Of a stretch of 64,000 nt of DNA, positions 12,359 through 25,180 are shown piece by piece; within the stretch, counting starts at the first letter, position 1; every line of letters starts with the position of its first letter. The position numbers were made by a program, and so were the translations under genes. Origin of the DNA: an uncultured Candidatus Peribacteria bacterium (lineage in GTDB: Bacteria; Patescibacteriota; Gracilibacteria; BD1-5; UBA6164); the NCBI GenBank assembly GCA_964500515.1, contig CAZCNE010000002.1:109180-173179 (forward strand). Direction: 5' to 3'. Below the pieces are notes generated by a model. It was not told where the DNA came from, did no database searches, and was given only the letters and a program-made list of their open reading frames with translations.

Positions 12359-13264
12359 ATGAAAATACTTGTTTCTTGATCTATCGCTTATGATTACATA
12401 ATGACATTTGAAGATTCTTTTAAAAATCATATAATTCCAGATAAAATTCATGTTTTAAATGTAAGTTTTTATACACCAAAACTTATAAAAGAAAAATGAT
12501 GAACTTGACACAATATAGCTTACAATTTATGACTTTTATGAGAAAAAGCTATTTTAGTTGGTTTGATTTGAAATGATTTTTTTGAAGAATCAGAATTTAT
12601 AGATTATTCAAATCTTACTAAACTAAAATATTTTCAAACAGCTTCTTGTTATCTTATAAATGATAAAGAAAATAATCAAATAAATGCTTTTTATCCTTGA
12701 GCTATGTGAGAAAATATAATTCCAGAAATACCAAAAGAAAAGATTTCTTATGCTATAATATCTCCAAATAATTTAGAAGTGATGAAATCTCACTTAAAAA
12801 CTTGTTTTCAAGCATGAATAAAAACTTTTTTTGATCCATGACAACAAATAAATTTATTTTCAAAAGAAGAACTTTTAAAAAGTTTAGAATATACTAATTA
12901 TCTAATTTTAAACGATTATGAATATTCTGTTTTTTTAGCGAAAACGGAAGTTGATGAAAATTCTCTGAAAGAAAATATAGATAAATTAATCATAACTTTA
13001 TGATCAGATTGAGTAAAAATAATTGATAAAAATGAAACAAAGATAATTGACGCAAACAAAGATGTAAGAATACAAGATCCAACTTGAGCTTGAGATGCCT
13101 TTAGAGCTTGACTTTTGTATGGATTAAACAATTGAAAAGATTGGGATAATTCATGTAAAATCTGATGTAGTGTTGCTAGTTTTGCTATAGAAAATTATTG
13201 AACACAAAATCATACATTTTGTTTAAATGATATAGAGAAAAAGCTTAAGAAAAATTATGAATAA
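12359..13264 (+). CDS. PfkB-family carbohydrate/nucleoside kinase
   Basis: 301 aa. Starts MKILVSGSIAYDYIM, then GGTGHNIAYNLGLLG, and the C-terminal ATP-site motif DPTGAGDAFRAGLLYGL. Confidence 0.8.
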
Positions 13265-13272
13265 CTCTAAAT

Positions 13273-13304
13273 AAAAAAAACTTCCTTTAAAGGAAGTTTT
13301 TTTT
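13273..13304. terminator. bidirectional terminator between convergent genes
   Basis: A8-CTTCCT-TTAA-AGGAAG-T8: a hairpin flanked by an A-run and a T-run, lying between the stops at 13264 (+) and 13317 (-). Confidence 0.6.
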
Positions 13305-13316
13305 ATTTAGATCAAA

Positions 13317-14054
13317 CTATTTGTAAGTATAAGCTACATCATTTCAATTATCTGATACATATCCTGCAGTTCACTCTATTGATTTAATCAATCATTCAGT
13401 CTCTGCCTCAAGAAGTCTAACACTAAGACTTGTTGGAATAGCAGCAAAAATTAAATTACTTCAAGTTTTTATATTAACTATGTCTCAAGCTGTAGTATTA
13501 TCACCTATATCAAAGAAATTGATTTTTTGTGGTTCATTAATCATAAGAGTTTTTGAATCAGATCAAGATAATGTAATTACAGTATCGTTTCATCTAGCAA
13601 AATAATTTCATTTTAATTTTGCAAATAAAGGACCTGATCAATTTTCCATAGTAGCAGCAATTTGATATTTTCAACCTCTTTTTGTAGTAATTCATATAAC
13701 ATAATCAGCTCCTTTTGGATCTTTAAATTCTGCTGCATTTATTCATAAAGATGCAAAATTAGGAGTTCAAGCATTATAACCACTTCAAACAGTTGTAGCG
13801 GTTCAACCTATAAGAGGATTACTCAATTGATTTTCTATTTTAGGCGTAACAAAAGATGTTATATTTTGTCCTCCTGCCATTAGATTATTCATAGCAGATT
13901 CTATAGAACCTATATCATCAGTTCTTTTTGCATTTCTAGCGTCCGAAGTATATCATTGTAATGATATAAATGCAATAGTACCCAAAATAGCTAATATAGT
14001 TATTACAACTATAAGCTCTACCAAAGTAAATCATGACTTTTTAATATCTTTCAT
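13317..14054 (-). CDS. type IV pilin / pseudopilin-like protein with prepilin N-terminal cleavage-methylation motif
   Basis: Starts MKDIKKSG/FTLVELIVVITILAILGTIAFISLQGY. The invariant Gly at -1 is TGA (14031-14033). 245 aa with no cysteine. Confidence 0.8.
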
Positions 14055-14229
14055 ATTATTAAAAAATTATAAATTAAATATTAAAAAACTAGGCCTAGTT
14101 TTTTAAAGCAATATCATTGTACATAAAAACATAAAAAAAATCCAATTTTTTATGTATTTTCCTTTGGACATTTTAAATTTTATGTTATATTTAAATATGT
14201 AAAAAAAATTATTGCATTAAAAAAAAGAA

Positions 14230-14793
14230 ATGTCATTATTTAAAAGCAAAGGAATTATTTTAAAAATTACTAAGATAAAGGATAAAAATTTTGTATATGA
14301 TATATTCACATATGACTATTGAAAAATAAAAGTACAAAAGAAAAATACAAAAAAAGAAAAAAACCTTGATTTGTGATATATTATTAACTGCGAAATTGAA
14401 ACAAAACAATGAAGGGATATTCATAAGATAAAAAATATAAAAATAAAATCTGAATTTGATTATGAAAATAAAAATTTTGCTGTTTTAAATACTTATCTTG
14501 AAATTATATCATATGTAGAAAAAAATCTTACTTATTGAGCTGATTTTAAAGATATTTTTGAAATTATAGAAATAATTAATAACAAAAAAAATATAGATGA
14601 CACGAAGCTTGTTTTAGCAAAATTAAAAATCACAAATTATCTTTGAGAATTAAATATAGAAAATAATGATAAAAATGTAGAAAAAATTTTAAAATTTATA
14701 AATAAAAATAAAATTAGTGAAATCCTGAAATTAACTTGAATTGATAACGATTTAAAAATCAAATTAAAAAATCTATACAAAAATTATTCTTAA
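14230..14793 (+). CDS. recO: RecO-like DNA repair protein (short, 187 aa)
   Basis: N-terminal MSLFKSKGIILKITKIKDKNFVYDIFTYDYGKIKVQKK matches the RecO OB-fold pattern (xGIVLxxxxxxExxxxxxxFTxxxGK). The C-terminal part is helical. The call rests on pattern only. Confidence 0.5.
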
Positions 14794-14806
14794 AAATATT
14801 TAAAAT

Positions 14807-14836
14807 AAAAAGTCTTGGTAATAACCAAGACTTTTT
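14807..14836. terminator. bidirectional terminator between convergent genes
   Basis: AAAAAGTCTTGGT-AATA-ACCAAGACTTTTT, between the stops at 14793 (+) and 14851 (-). Confidence 0.6.
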
Positions 14837-14850
14837 ATGATTATAAGTTT

Positions 14851-17160
14851 TTATTTTAATTCTACACTTCAAACTGATTCATAAGTGTTCATATCATTTG
14901 ATTTCATTTGTCAATCAGAAATTGAAAATATTTTATCTCATATATATAATGCTCTCTTTACAAAATATTCATTATATTTATAAGAATTTTGAGAAATATA
15001 ATCAGAAACTGTTGCTCAAGAATAACAATAAGTTGGAACATAACTTGTTTTTGGTGGACAATATTGACTTCAATCAATTAAAGGAACACAATCTGATTCT
15101 TCTTTATTTTGTGAAATATATTTTTCACATTCATTTTTTCTATCTTCTTCAAATTTAGATTCATCTATATGAGAAACTTTAAATAATTCTTTTATTCAAG
15201 TTGCTTTATCAATATTTAAAGCATAAAGTCATGAGAAAAATCAACTGTATATATATTTTACAGGATTATAGCTTGAATATGTATTTGCTGGTAATAATAA
15301 GATCTTTTTATTTGCATTCCAAACAAACATACGAGGATTATGTAGTGCATCACTATAACTTCAAACAGTTCAAAGAGTTTTTGTATAAAGTTGTTTCACT
15401 ATTATTCATTTATAAATTCATTCATCACATGCCTTTTTTTCTTCTTGTGTTAAATTTGTATCACCGCATTTTTTATCATAATTTATCTCATACAAATCAA
15501 TTTTAATTCAAGAGTTTTGAGTTCATCAATGTTGGTTTTGATATGTATCATAACCTAAACCTATAAGATGATTTGAATCATAAGGATGTAGGTATGTACT
15601 ATAACCTGGAATTTTTAATTCTCATAGTACTTTTGGATTTTTTACATCTTTTAAATCAATTACAAAAAGTGGATCGATTTGTTCAAAAGTTACCATAAAT
15701 AATTTATCTCAAATAAATCTCGAAGATTGAAAATTTTCTCATTTAGCTAATCATGTAAGTGATGAAAGCATTTTTAAATCTTTATCCAAAACAAATAAAT
15801 TTGTTGCTCTTTCTGGATACCAAGAACTTGTTATAATTCTAAAATTTGAATCATATTCATCCATACTATATTGATTTAGAGGATTTCAACTTACTATAGC
15901 AGTATTTTTATAAGATAAATCAGCATTTTCAAGTATATCAAATTTATGAACTAAAGTATTTTCTCATCTTGGATACCATCACATAGGACAAACAAATCCA
16001 GGTCAACATCTAAAATTATAATTTGTATAAAGATAATTTGTAAGATACAAAGAATCTAAACTCATATGAATTTCATGAGAATCTCAAAAAACTACTTTAT
16101 TTTTAACTTCTTTTGTTAAATCTTTTAAATTTATAATCGAAACTATTTTAAAACTAGGATTAAAATCATATTTTTTTATTGTTTCATCATCTGGTAAAAG
16201 ATATTCTATATCTTCACATTTTACTGATTGTCAAGACACAACATTGTATGGTAAATCTTTTCATTTAATATTTACATTTTGACTAACCTTATCTTTTGTA
16301 TAGTTTAAATTAAGTTCTTTAGCTATTATATCTTCTGGTTTTACATTTATATCATCTATACCTTTATATAAATTGTAATAATAAAAACCTTTACTTCAAA
16401 TTACATACAAATTATCTCAAATTAATCTTGATTGAGTGTAATGTCATTCAAACATATGTAATTTAAGAAGTTTCATTTCTGAAATATTTGTTGTATCAAA
16501 AACTATTACATAAGTTTTTGGTTCGTATGCTCATCATCCCCAAAATTGTTTTTGAAAATCTCAAACTGGAAATCAAGTTGAAATAACTGTAAGTTTTCAG
16601 TCTCAAACATATAATTCAATTCAATTAAAATGTTCTGGTAAATTAAGTTTTTTTACCAAAGTCATTTTTCCTGAATCATTTTTCACTACATAAATTGCTT
16701 TAACATTTTTTTCTGTCTTATAATTATAAGAATCAACTGCATAATAAATATATTTTCAATCAGTTTTTATAATTTCTGCTTCATCTACTCAAGCAACTTG
16801 AGTATTAGTTTTGCTAAAATCTCATCCAGCTCATCAAATTCAGTTTGCTGTTGTAGATTGATCAGAAGCTGCTTTTTCCAAAGATACACTTCCCAACATA
16901 TCATCTAACATACCTCATCTATAAACAGGAGGTCTATTATTATAAACTTTTTTCAGATACTGAGTCAAAACACTTGACATATCATCACACGATTTAAACT
17001 TCTTAAGTTTAAAATCAAAATTTAAAACTTCAGATCAAGAAGACGTGCTTCCTGATAAAGCATCTATTACTTGATTATCATCTACTCCGACAGCTCAGTG
17101 TGAAATAGAATAAACAAAAAGTAATGATATAACATAAAGAGACTTTGTTAGTTTTTTCAT
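14851..17160 (-). CDS. secreted beta-propeller domain protein (COG4880 / Beta_propel-like), 769 aa
   Basis: Signal peptide MKKLTKSLYVISLLFVYSISHGAV. Also TNTQVAGVDEAEIIKTDGKYIYY and the characteristic FEQIDPLFVIDLKDVKNPKVLGELKIPGYSTYLHPYD. Confidence 0.75.
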
Positions 17161-17355
17161 ATTAGAAAGATTAAATAATAAAGTTTCATATATAAAACTA
17201 GATTTGTCTAAAAAAGTGACAAAATTTTACATACTAATTTTATGTTTATTTTTAATCAAGTCAAAATTTAAAAGTGAAGTTTTGGTGAAAATATTTTTGA
17301 TATATTTATTTATGCAATATAATTAAACTAATTTTTTTAAATTTGTTTTGTTTTC

Positions 17356-18657
17356 ATGGATTATAATGAATTAATTAAAATAGTTACAGAAAATCAAGGT
17401 TTGGTTTATATAATATATTTTTTATGGAGCTTTTTTGATTGAATAATAATAATAAATTTATTTATACAATGAGAAATAATTTATTTTTTTGCTTGATATA
17501 TATCATCTTTTAAAATCATTGATCCTTATTTGAGTTTTTTTATATTATTATTTGCCTGATTTTTATGAGACAATATAAGTTATTTTATATGAAAAAAATA
17601 TTTTAAATGATACTTTAAAAAAGAGAAAAAAATATTTAATCTGAAAAATTTATCAAGGTGAGAAAAGTTTTTTAAAAAATATTGAAATAAAGCCATCGTT
17701 TTAAGTAAGGTTCTTTGACCTCTTTCCTCTTGAATATCTAGTTTTTCCTGAGTTTTTTGAGTAAATTTTAAAAATTTTATAATTTATAATACATATTGAC
17801 TATTTTTGCTTATTTTATCAACTTTTTTGATATGATATTTTACTTGAGTTTGAGCAGAGTATTTTTGATCTTCTATTATATTTAATACCATACTATTTAT
17901 AATTAGTTTATATTTTTTACTTTATATAATTAAAAGATTAAGACAACTAAAAAAACACAAAAAACAAATAATTTATATGTTAGTAAAAGTTTTGATAGTA
18001 TATTTTATGAGTTTTTTAGCTTTACTTGCTCTATACTATTTTTATTTATATCCATATTTTGCAGATTTTTATGATAACAACAAAGTTATTCCAAATTTAG
18101 AAAATTGGATAAAAGAAAATGATAGAAAAGTATATTCAGATAGAATAATAAAAACAAACAGTAATCCGATAAATATAGTAATAGTAACACAAAAAAATAT
18201 AGATGATATTTTTGAAAAAATATGATGGAAAGCAAATTTGAGTTTTTCTTCTTGAAAAATAGGTTTCAAAAAATTTATAAATTTATTAATGCAAAATTCT
18301 CCTCCTATTTCTGATTTCTATCATTATAATTTTACTCAAAATCATCAATACCAAGATCTAGAATGATGAAATATAAAAAGAGAACATATAAGATTTTGGG
18401 AAATTTGAAAATTAGAAAATTGAAACAAAATATATATATGAACAGTAAGTAGAGACAAATGAATTAGTTTTATGATAAATAATTGAATTCCTATAATTGG
18501 CCATTGAATAGATAAAAATATAGATAAATCAAGAGATTTAATTAAAGATTTAATAATTAATAATTTTAAAAATACTAAAGTAAAAATACTTGATTTTGAA
18601 AGTTTTTGGAAAAAAAATTATTTTACGGATGGTGATGTAGTTATTTTAGAAGTTTAA
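17356..18657 (+). CDS. DedA/VTT-like membrane domain fused to an LssY_C domain
   Basis: 433 aa in one frame with no TAA/TAG. The N-terminal part has several TM helices (..LFIQGEIIYFFAGYISSF.., ..LSKVLGPLSSGISSFSGVFGVNF..). The C-terminal part reads NPINIVIVTQKNIDDIFEKIGWKANL...REHIRFWEIGKLENGNKIYIGTVSRDKGISF...GHGIDKNIDKSRDLI, the LssY_C pattern. Confidence 0.7.
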
Positions 18658-18673
18658 AAAAATATAATAAACA

Positions 18674-20695
18674 TTATTTCAATCATTTTGCTTTTAAAAA
18701 ATCTCTAATACTTATTTCTTCTCATATAAAATCATAAAAAAGTTCTTTTGCTGGTTTTGTAGTTCATGCTGATAATATTGTATCAAAAAATCTTTTTGAT
18801 GTATTTTTGTCAAAAATTCAATTCTTTTTAAATTCATTCCAAACTTGAGATTCAATTATTTCAGCCCACATATAACTATAATATCAAGCTGCATATCATC
18901 ATGCAAAAATGTGTGAAAACGAAGTATACATATTGTAACTTTTATCTTTTTTTATTATACTAAATTTATTAATAATTTTATGGATATACTCATCCATTTC
19001 TTTGATATTTTTAAAAGGTTTTCTTGTGTGAATAAGTAAATCCATAATAGCAAATTCACTTTGTCTTAAAATAAAATTTCAATTTCAATATAATTTTAAT
19101 TTTTCTATTGCATTTATTATTTTTTTAGGAATATTTTTTCAAGTTTCTATATGTTTTGCAAATAAATCTAATCATTCTTTTTCTTCTGCCCAATTTTCCA
19201 TAAGTTGAGAAGCTAATTCTACAAAATCCCATTCTACATTATGTCAAGACAATTCGCTATATTTACTCTTTGATACAATTTCATGGATAGCATGACCAAA
19301 TTCATGAAACATTATTTCAAGATCTATTTTATTTAATAAAACTTTTCAATTTTCTGACTTCTGAAAATTACAAACATTGATTAAAATAGGAATAAATTTT
19401 ATTGAAATATTTTCTAGTTTTGGTCTAAGATTGTCACACCAAGCTCATTGTCTTTTATTTTCATTATAAAAATAATCTCAAATAAAATATGATAATAAAT
19501 TTCAATTTTTATAAACTTCATAAATTTTTAAATCTTTTGAATATGATTTAATTTTTAATTCTTTTATTTCTAAATCATAAAGTTTGTTTACTATTTGAAA
19601 AAGTCAAGCTAAAACTTTGTTAAACTCAAAATAATTTTTTAATTCTTTTTCATCAAAACTAAATTTTTTTTCTTTATATAATCTGTTATAATAAGCAAGA
19701 TCCCAAGATTTTATTCATGAAATTTTAAAATATTTTTCTAGAGTAATTATTTCTTGTTTTGCTTTTTTAAAAGCTTTCTTTGAAATATCTTTTAACAAAC
19801 TCAAAACTTCTTTTGGATCTTGAGCCATTTTAAAAACTAAAGATAACTCAGAGTAATTTTTAAATCACAATAAATTTGCTTTTTTATGTCTTAATTTCAA
19901 TATTTCAAAAATTATTTCCTTATTTCAATATTTTCATCTTGAAGCAAAATTATTTTTTTCTGCATAAAAAATCTCTCTTACATTTGAGTCTTTACAATAA
20001 GACATAACTGATTGATAAGAAGTGTCACTTGCATCAAAATAATATCATTTTAATCATTTTTTTTCAGCTTTTGATTTTGCTTCATCCAAAACATCTTTTG
20101 GTATATCACTTATCGATCAAATATTATTAAACAAATAAGAAAATTCTTTTCTGCTATCAAGTACATTATTTGAAAATTTGATTGACAGTTCAGATAATTT
20201 TTTATTTATTTTTTTCAATTTTTCTTGTTGTTTTGTTGATAGATTTATTCATCTAACTTCATATCTTTCAATGATTAAATTTAAAATTCTTTTTTGATCT
20301 GTATCTAATTTACAATTTTTTCTACAAAAAATAATCATATCATAATATCTTTTATTGTATGCTATGTAATCATTAAATTCAACATACTTTGGCTCAAATT
20401 TTTTGATTATATCTCTTGATTTTTTACTTGAATTTACATTATCTAAATGATTTAAAATAGAGTAAAATAAATCTAGTTTTGAAAATTCTTGAAAAATTTC
20501 AAAAGAAATATTTGCTTTTATTTCTGACTTTTCAGTTTCTTCAAGATTTTCTCAAATAGTATAATTTGAATCCAATCAAATATATTTTGTATTTATCTTA
20601 TTATCAAAGATGTTTTTTTCTTCTTTAAGTAAATAATTAAGAATTTTTAAAGATTCTGATAACACTTCATCACTAAAAAGAAATTTAAAATCCAA
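18674..20695 (-). CDS. M3-family zinc metallopeptidase (oligopeptidase A / Dcp-like); 5' end uncertain
   Basis: HEXXH zinc motif MFHEFGHAIHE (His codon 19304-19306), in frame with the stop at 18674-18676. The first canonical in-frame start is TTG 20695. ATG 20742 is out of frame by one nucleotide at a T5 run (see findings). Confidence 0.85.
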
Positions 20696-20816
20696 AAATC
20701 AAGGATTTTCTAGGCTTTGTATAACTTTTTGTTTAAGTGTCATAATTTTTTACTTATTTATAAATTAATAACAATTTAGTATTTTATAGTTTAATCATTT
20801 TATCACTTTATCGTCT

Positions 20817-21266
20817 TTAATAATGATAAGATTTTCCTTGTTTTATAGTTCATATTCTATAAATCTGTTCAAGTAAAATAGCTACAGTTTCTATGTGAGT
20901 AAAAGTCATTTTTGATAAAGATAATTCAAAATCTACAAACTTTTTTATAATATTGTCTAAGCCATAAACTCATCAAATAATAAATACAATTTCATTATAA
21001 TTTTGTAATTTATAATCTATAAAATTTGAAAATTCTATTGTTGACATTTCTTTTCATTCTAAACTAAGTAATATCTTGAAAGAGTTTATTTTATCAAGTT
21101 TTTCTATTATAGACAATGTTTCTTGTTTTTTTATTTCTTCTTGATTTGATTTTTTTGCAGGTTTTAGTTTTATTATTTGCACTTGTTTACTTAATCTTTT
21201 TTTATATTCTTTTATAGATTCATCAAAATGCTTGAAACTATCACAAACTGTAATTATTTTAATCAT
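20817..21266 (-). CDS. rlmH: 23S rRNA (pseudouridine1915-N3)-methyltransferase RlmH (SPOUT)
   Basis: 149 aa. Starts MIKIITVCDSFKHFDESIKEYKKRL, then FIIGGVYGL and [35 protein letters not shown]. Confidence 0.85.
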
Positions 21267-21313
21267 TTTTTAGTTTATAATATTTATTAAATATCTTTTA
21301 TCTCTGAATTTTT

Positions 21314-21721
21314 CTAATTTACTATATCAATTTTTATAATTCTATTTCAAAAAACTTTGCTATTTTCTGCTTCTCTAATTGAAACTATATGTGGTGAAGA
21401 ATTTTTGAATTTTTCTAAAACACTTTTAAAATTTTCTTCTTTTCCTTCTATTGATAAAAGTGTATAAGATCAGTTAACTTGCTTATCAAAATAAACTTCC
21501 AACTCATCCTCTATTGAAATAGAAATATCTTTATTAATTGCTCATTCTCAAGCTATTTTTTCTAATTCTGTCAAAATATCTAATTCTGATTTTTTATAAG
21601 TTTTTCCATAAAAAAAATAATTATAAGTTCAATCAAGATTTTCTGTTTCTATAAAAAATATATTATCAAAAGAAAAATTTACCTTTTTTTCAAAACTTAT
21701 ATTTCAAGCAAGTTTGTACAT
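21314..21721 (-). CDS. hypothetical protein, 135 aa
   Basis: ATG 21721 to TAG 21314-21316, length divisible by 3, several TGA (Gly) codons. No family recognised. Confidence 0.5.
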
Positions 21722-21756
21722 AAAAAATAATCATAGAATTTAATATCTATGATTAT
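21722..21756 (-). terminator. intrinsic terminator after the 21791..23215 gene
   Basis: 10-bp stem ATAATCATAG (21727-21736) / CTATGATTAT (21747-21756). On the minus strand a U-run follows (plus-strand A-run 21722-21726). Confidence 0.5.
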
Positions 21757-21790
21757 ATGTAAATTGTATTTTTTTCAAAAAAATTTATGC

Positions 21791-23215
21791 TTATGAAAGA
21801 AAATAATTTTTTAAAGACTTAAAAAGAGCCATTTTAAAGTTTAAATTAGAATCTATTGTTCATATATATTTTATTCCATCTTTTTCAACCTTCACAAGAG
21901 AATCATCTTCTGCTCTATTTTTAAAAGTTATTATCTTAAATCAATTACTTGTTTCTTTCAGTTCTTTAAATTCTCAATATTGAGTTAAAATAATATATGA
22001 TAATCTCGTATTTTTGTTGTTTTCTAAATAAACCCTTGCATAATATATTGAAGCTTTCTCACATCTAAGTTCATTTAATATACAATTAATATTATTTCAT
22101 GCTGTTGTTTTTAAAATTCTCATATTTTCATCAAGTAAAACTCATTTAGGGTCATTTTCAAATCATCAAAAATAAACCTCATATCATAAAAAATCTAGAA
22201 AATCATTATTTTCATAATATCTTCTATTTGATAAATATGAGTTTTCTCAAATTTTTATAGGTTTCATATTTTGATCTAAGATAATTGGAATTTCTTGGTA
22301 TGATTCTTTATGGAATAAAGTACATTCGAATCAAGCTTTACCATTTGGAAGTTTATTTTTTTCTTTTACTTCATATAATTCAAAATTTTGATTAAATAAA
22401 GATATTTTTATATTTTCTCTGGTATCTGCATTGATATAACTTTCACCAATTTTTGCAATTGGAATAGAAAAACCTTTAAAAATATTATCTTCTATTTCAC
22501 CAGATCATTTTTCATGAAGAATTTTATAGTCTTCTCTCACTAATCATCATTTTGTATCAGTCAAAACTTTTGATGTATAGACAGAATTTATTGATTTGAT
22601 AAGTTTTTCAAATCATTCTTCAAATTTCTTTATTAAACTAATTTCATTATCACCAAATTTCATGCTAGTTTTGTTTATTCTTTCTTCAAAATTACTTTCT
22701 ATGAAATCGTTTCCTGTAACTTTTTTAAAATAATTTAAGCTTGGGTTATTTCAAAAACTATAATCATAATTACTTCAAGCGAATTCTCTTAAATATGATA
22801 TCAAAAGTCATGCTGTATTTTTGTGTTTATGATCGATTCAAACTCTATCATAAGCTTCTTTATGATTTTTATAATCCTCTAGCATTTTTTCTGATAGAAG
22901 TTTTAGATTTTTTTCATCTTTTGCAAATTCCAAAACTTTTTTTAGATTTTCTTCATTTTGAAAAAGAAGCCTTCTTTCATCCTTCCCCATTCATTTTCTA
23001 TATTCTGTTATTTTTGTTCAAAAAATAAGTTCATGTAAAGGAAAAAAAATTGCTCTATGAGCCAATACTTCATAAACGTCCTTGCATTGCATATTTTCTT
23101 GACTAAGTAATTTTTGCACATCTTCACTTGTCTCTGAAGTTACTGGATCAGAAATAGAGTTTCAAGAACTTTCTAATTCTTCTCAATTTAGTCAATTTTC
23201 TGTATTTAAAGCCAT
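21791..23215 (-). CDS. hypothetical protein, 474 aa, last gene downstream of the Bat-type operon
   Basis: ATG 23215 to TAA 21791-21793. Frame verified at three positions. Probably cytoplasmic (no signal peptide). No family recognised. Confidence 0.6.
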
Positions 23216-23314
23216 AATTAATAATTATAAAAATAATATGCTTTATAATTATATTTATTTAATTTATTTGTCAATAAAAAAGCTAGCTTATATTATTTTT
23301 TTGTTTTAATATAT

Positions 23315-24208
23315 TTACCAATCTTTTTCTTCTTGATTTATTGAATCATCAAAAGCTCTAAAATTATCAAAAAAAGGATCTTGTTTAAAAATATCAAATA
23401 AGCTATTTTCATCCAAATTATTAAACTGTTTTCAAAAATCATCTATATAATTTTTTTGTTCATTGTTTAAAAAAATATTATGATTTTCTAATTGCATTTT
23501 TTCTACATTTGTTAAAGTGTTTTCTTCGCTTTTTTTTCATTCTTCTTCTTGATTCTTATCCGCTTCTCAAGAATGGATTTCATTTTTTTCTCATAAATTT
23601 GCTTTTTCTTGAGAAGAACTAGAAATTTCACTTTGACTTCAAGAATTTGTTTTATCTTGTTGTTGATTATTTTTTTTAGAATCTTGACTTCAAGAAGATG
23701 AATTTTCCTGTTTTTGAGAATTTTCTTCTTCCTCTATTTCTTGTAATTTTTTCATTACAAAATCATAATTTTCTTTTGTTTTTTTATCTTCTTTTATATT
23801 AAGTATTTTTTTATATGATTCTAAACTTTGTTTGTAATTATTTATTTTATCTTCAATACTTGAAGAATTTTCTCAAATTCTGTAAAAAGTGTTTCATAAA
23901 TTATAATTTAAATCAAAAAAATCTTGAGTTCAAGAAGCATAATTTGCTTTTAAATAATAATCTTTACTTTTTTCAAATTCATTTTTTTTATAATAAGTTC
24001 ATGCTAAATTATAAAAAATTAAATTATTTTTTTTCCATTTCAAAGCCTTGTTATAATTTTCTTCAGATTCTAAAAAATTATTATTTAAAAAATTTTTATT
24101 TCAAGTATTATTGTTGTAATAAGCAAAAAAATCTCCTAAATTTAAGGATAAAATTACAATTATCAATATAGAAAATATTATTATAAATTTATGACTTGGC
24201 TTTAACAT
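23315..24208 (-). CDS. TPR-repeat membrane-anchored protein (BatC/BatE-like)
   Basis: 297 aa. N-terminal TM helix, then TPR-like stretches (NYNKALKWKKNNLIFYNLAGTYYKKNEFEKSKDYYLKA.., YNLGNTFYRIGE..), then an acidic Ser/Gln-rich tail. Overlaps the upstream VWA gene by 20 nt. Confidence 0.65.
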
Positions 24209-25148
24209 TATTTAAAAATAAAAAAATTATATAAAGTAGAAAAAAAACAAAAGAAAACATAGAAATATATCTTTTTAAATCAAGAGAATTTTCACTATTA
24301 TCTATAAAACTTTGCTTTGAAACTTGATTGAGAGTAGAATCTAATTTGGAAAAATCTCAAAAATCATTTAAATTTGAGTAAATTCAATTATAAAAATTTG
24401 CTATTTTTTTCAAATTTTCTTCATAGAGTTTTGTAATAACTTTTCATCATTTATAAGTTTTATAAACTGTATCTCCAAAAATATTTTTTCAAATTGGAAT
24501 ATAAGATCATTTTGTTGTTCAAACTCAAATAGAAAGAAATTTAATTTTATCATTTAACTTTTCAAGATTTAGATTTTTTTCATCATCTCAATCAGAAAGC
24601 AAAACTAAAACTCAAGCATCGTTTTCTTTTGTAAAATTTTTTAATCATTCATTTATTGCCAAAACTAAATTACTACCTTGTTTTGAAAGATTTTTTGAAT
24701 CTACTCAAGACAAAAATGTAGAAAACAAGTTTGTATCGCTAGTAAAAGGTAAAATCCTAATCGCTTCTCAAGCAAACACCACTAAAGAATATTTATTTCA
24801 AGGATAATTAAGCAAAAATTCTTCTATAAATTTTTTTGAAGCTTCAAGCCTAGAATAAACCAAATCCTTAGATTTTATATCAATGGCATTCATACTTTTT
24901 GATACATCAAGAACAAAAACTATATTTGTTCATAAATAATTTTTTGCAGAATTACTAATTTTTTTAGGTCAAAATATTCAAATAGAAAGCATAAAAATAC
25001 TTAAAATCAAAAAAATATTTGATAAAAAAATAAGTTTATTTTTATTTTTTTTATAATCAAAATAAGTTCTATAAATCATAAAAACAATAAGACATAAAAT
25101 TCATAAAAATAGAATTATAGAAAATATATTTAAATTTGTAAAAAACAT
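24189..25148 (-). CDS. VWA-domain membrane protein (BatB-like)
   Basis: 319 aa. Two N-terminal TM helices, MIDAS motif IVFVLDVSKSM, then AGVLVLLSDGDD and a C-terminal TM helix. Confidence 0.8.
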
Positions 25149-25180
25149 AGTTAGCTTATTAAGTTTTAGTCAAAAAAAAT

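Noticed and set aside
17977-18657. Treating the LssY_C part as a separate gene starting at ATG 17977, as the track fragment suggests.
   Set aside because: It is in the same frame as the upstream DedA-like part with no TAA/TAG between them. The fusion is the simpler reading, but a two-gene arrangement is not excluded.
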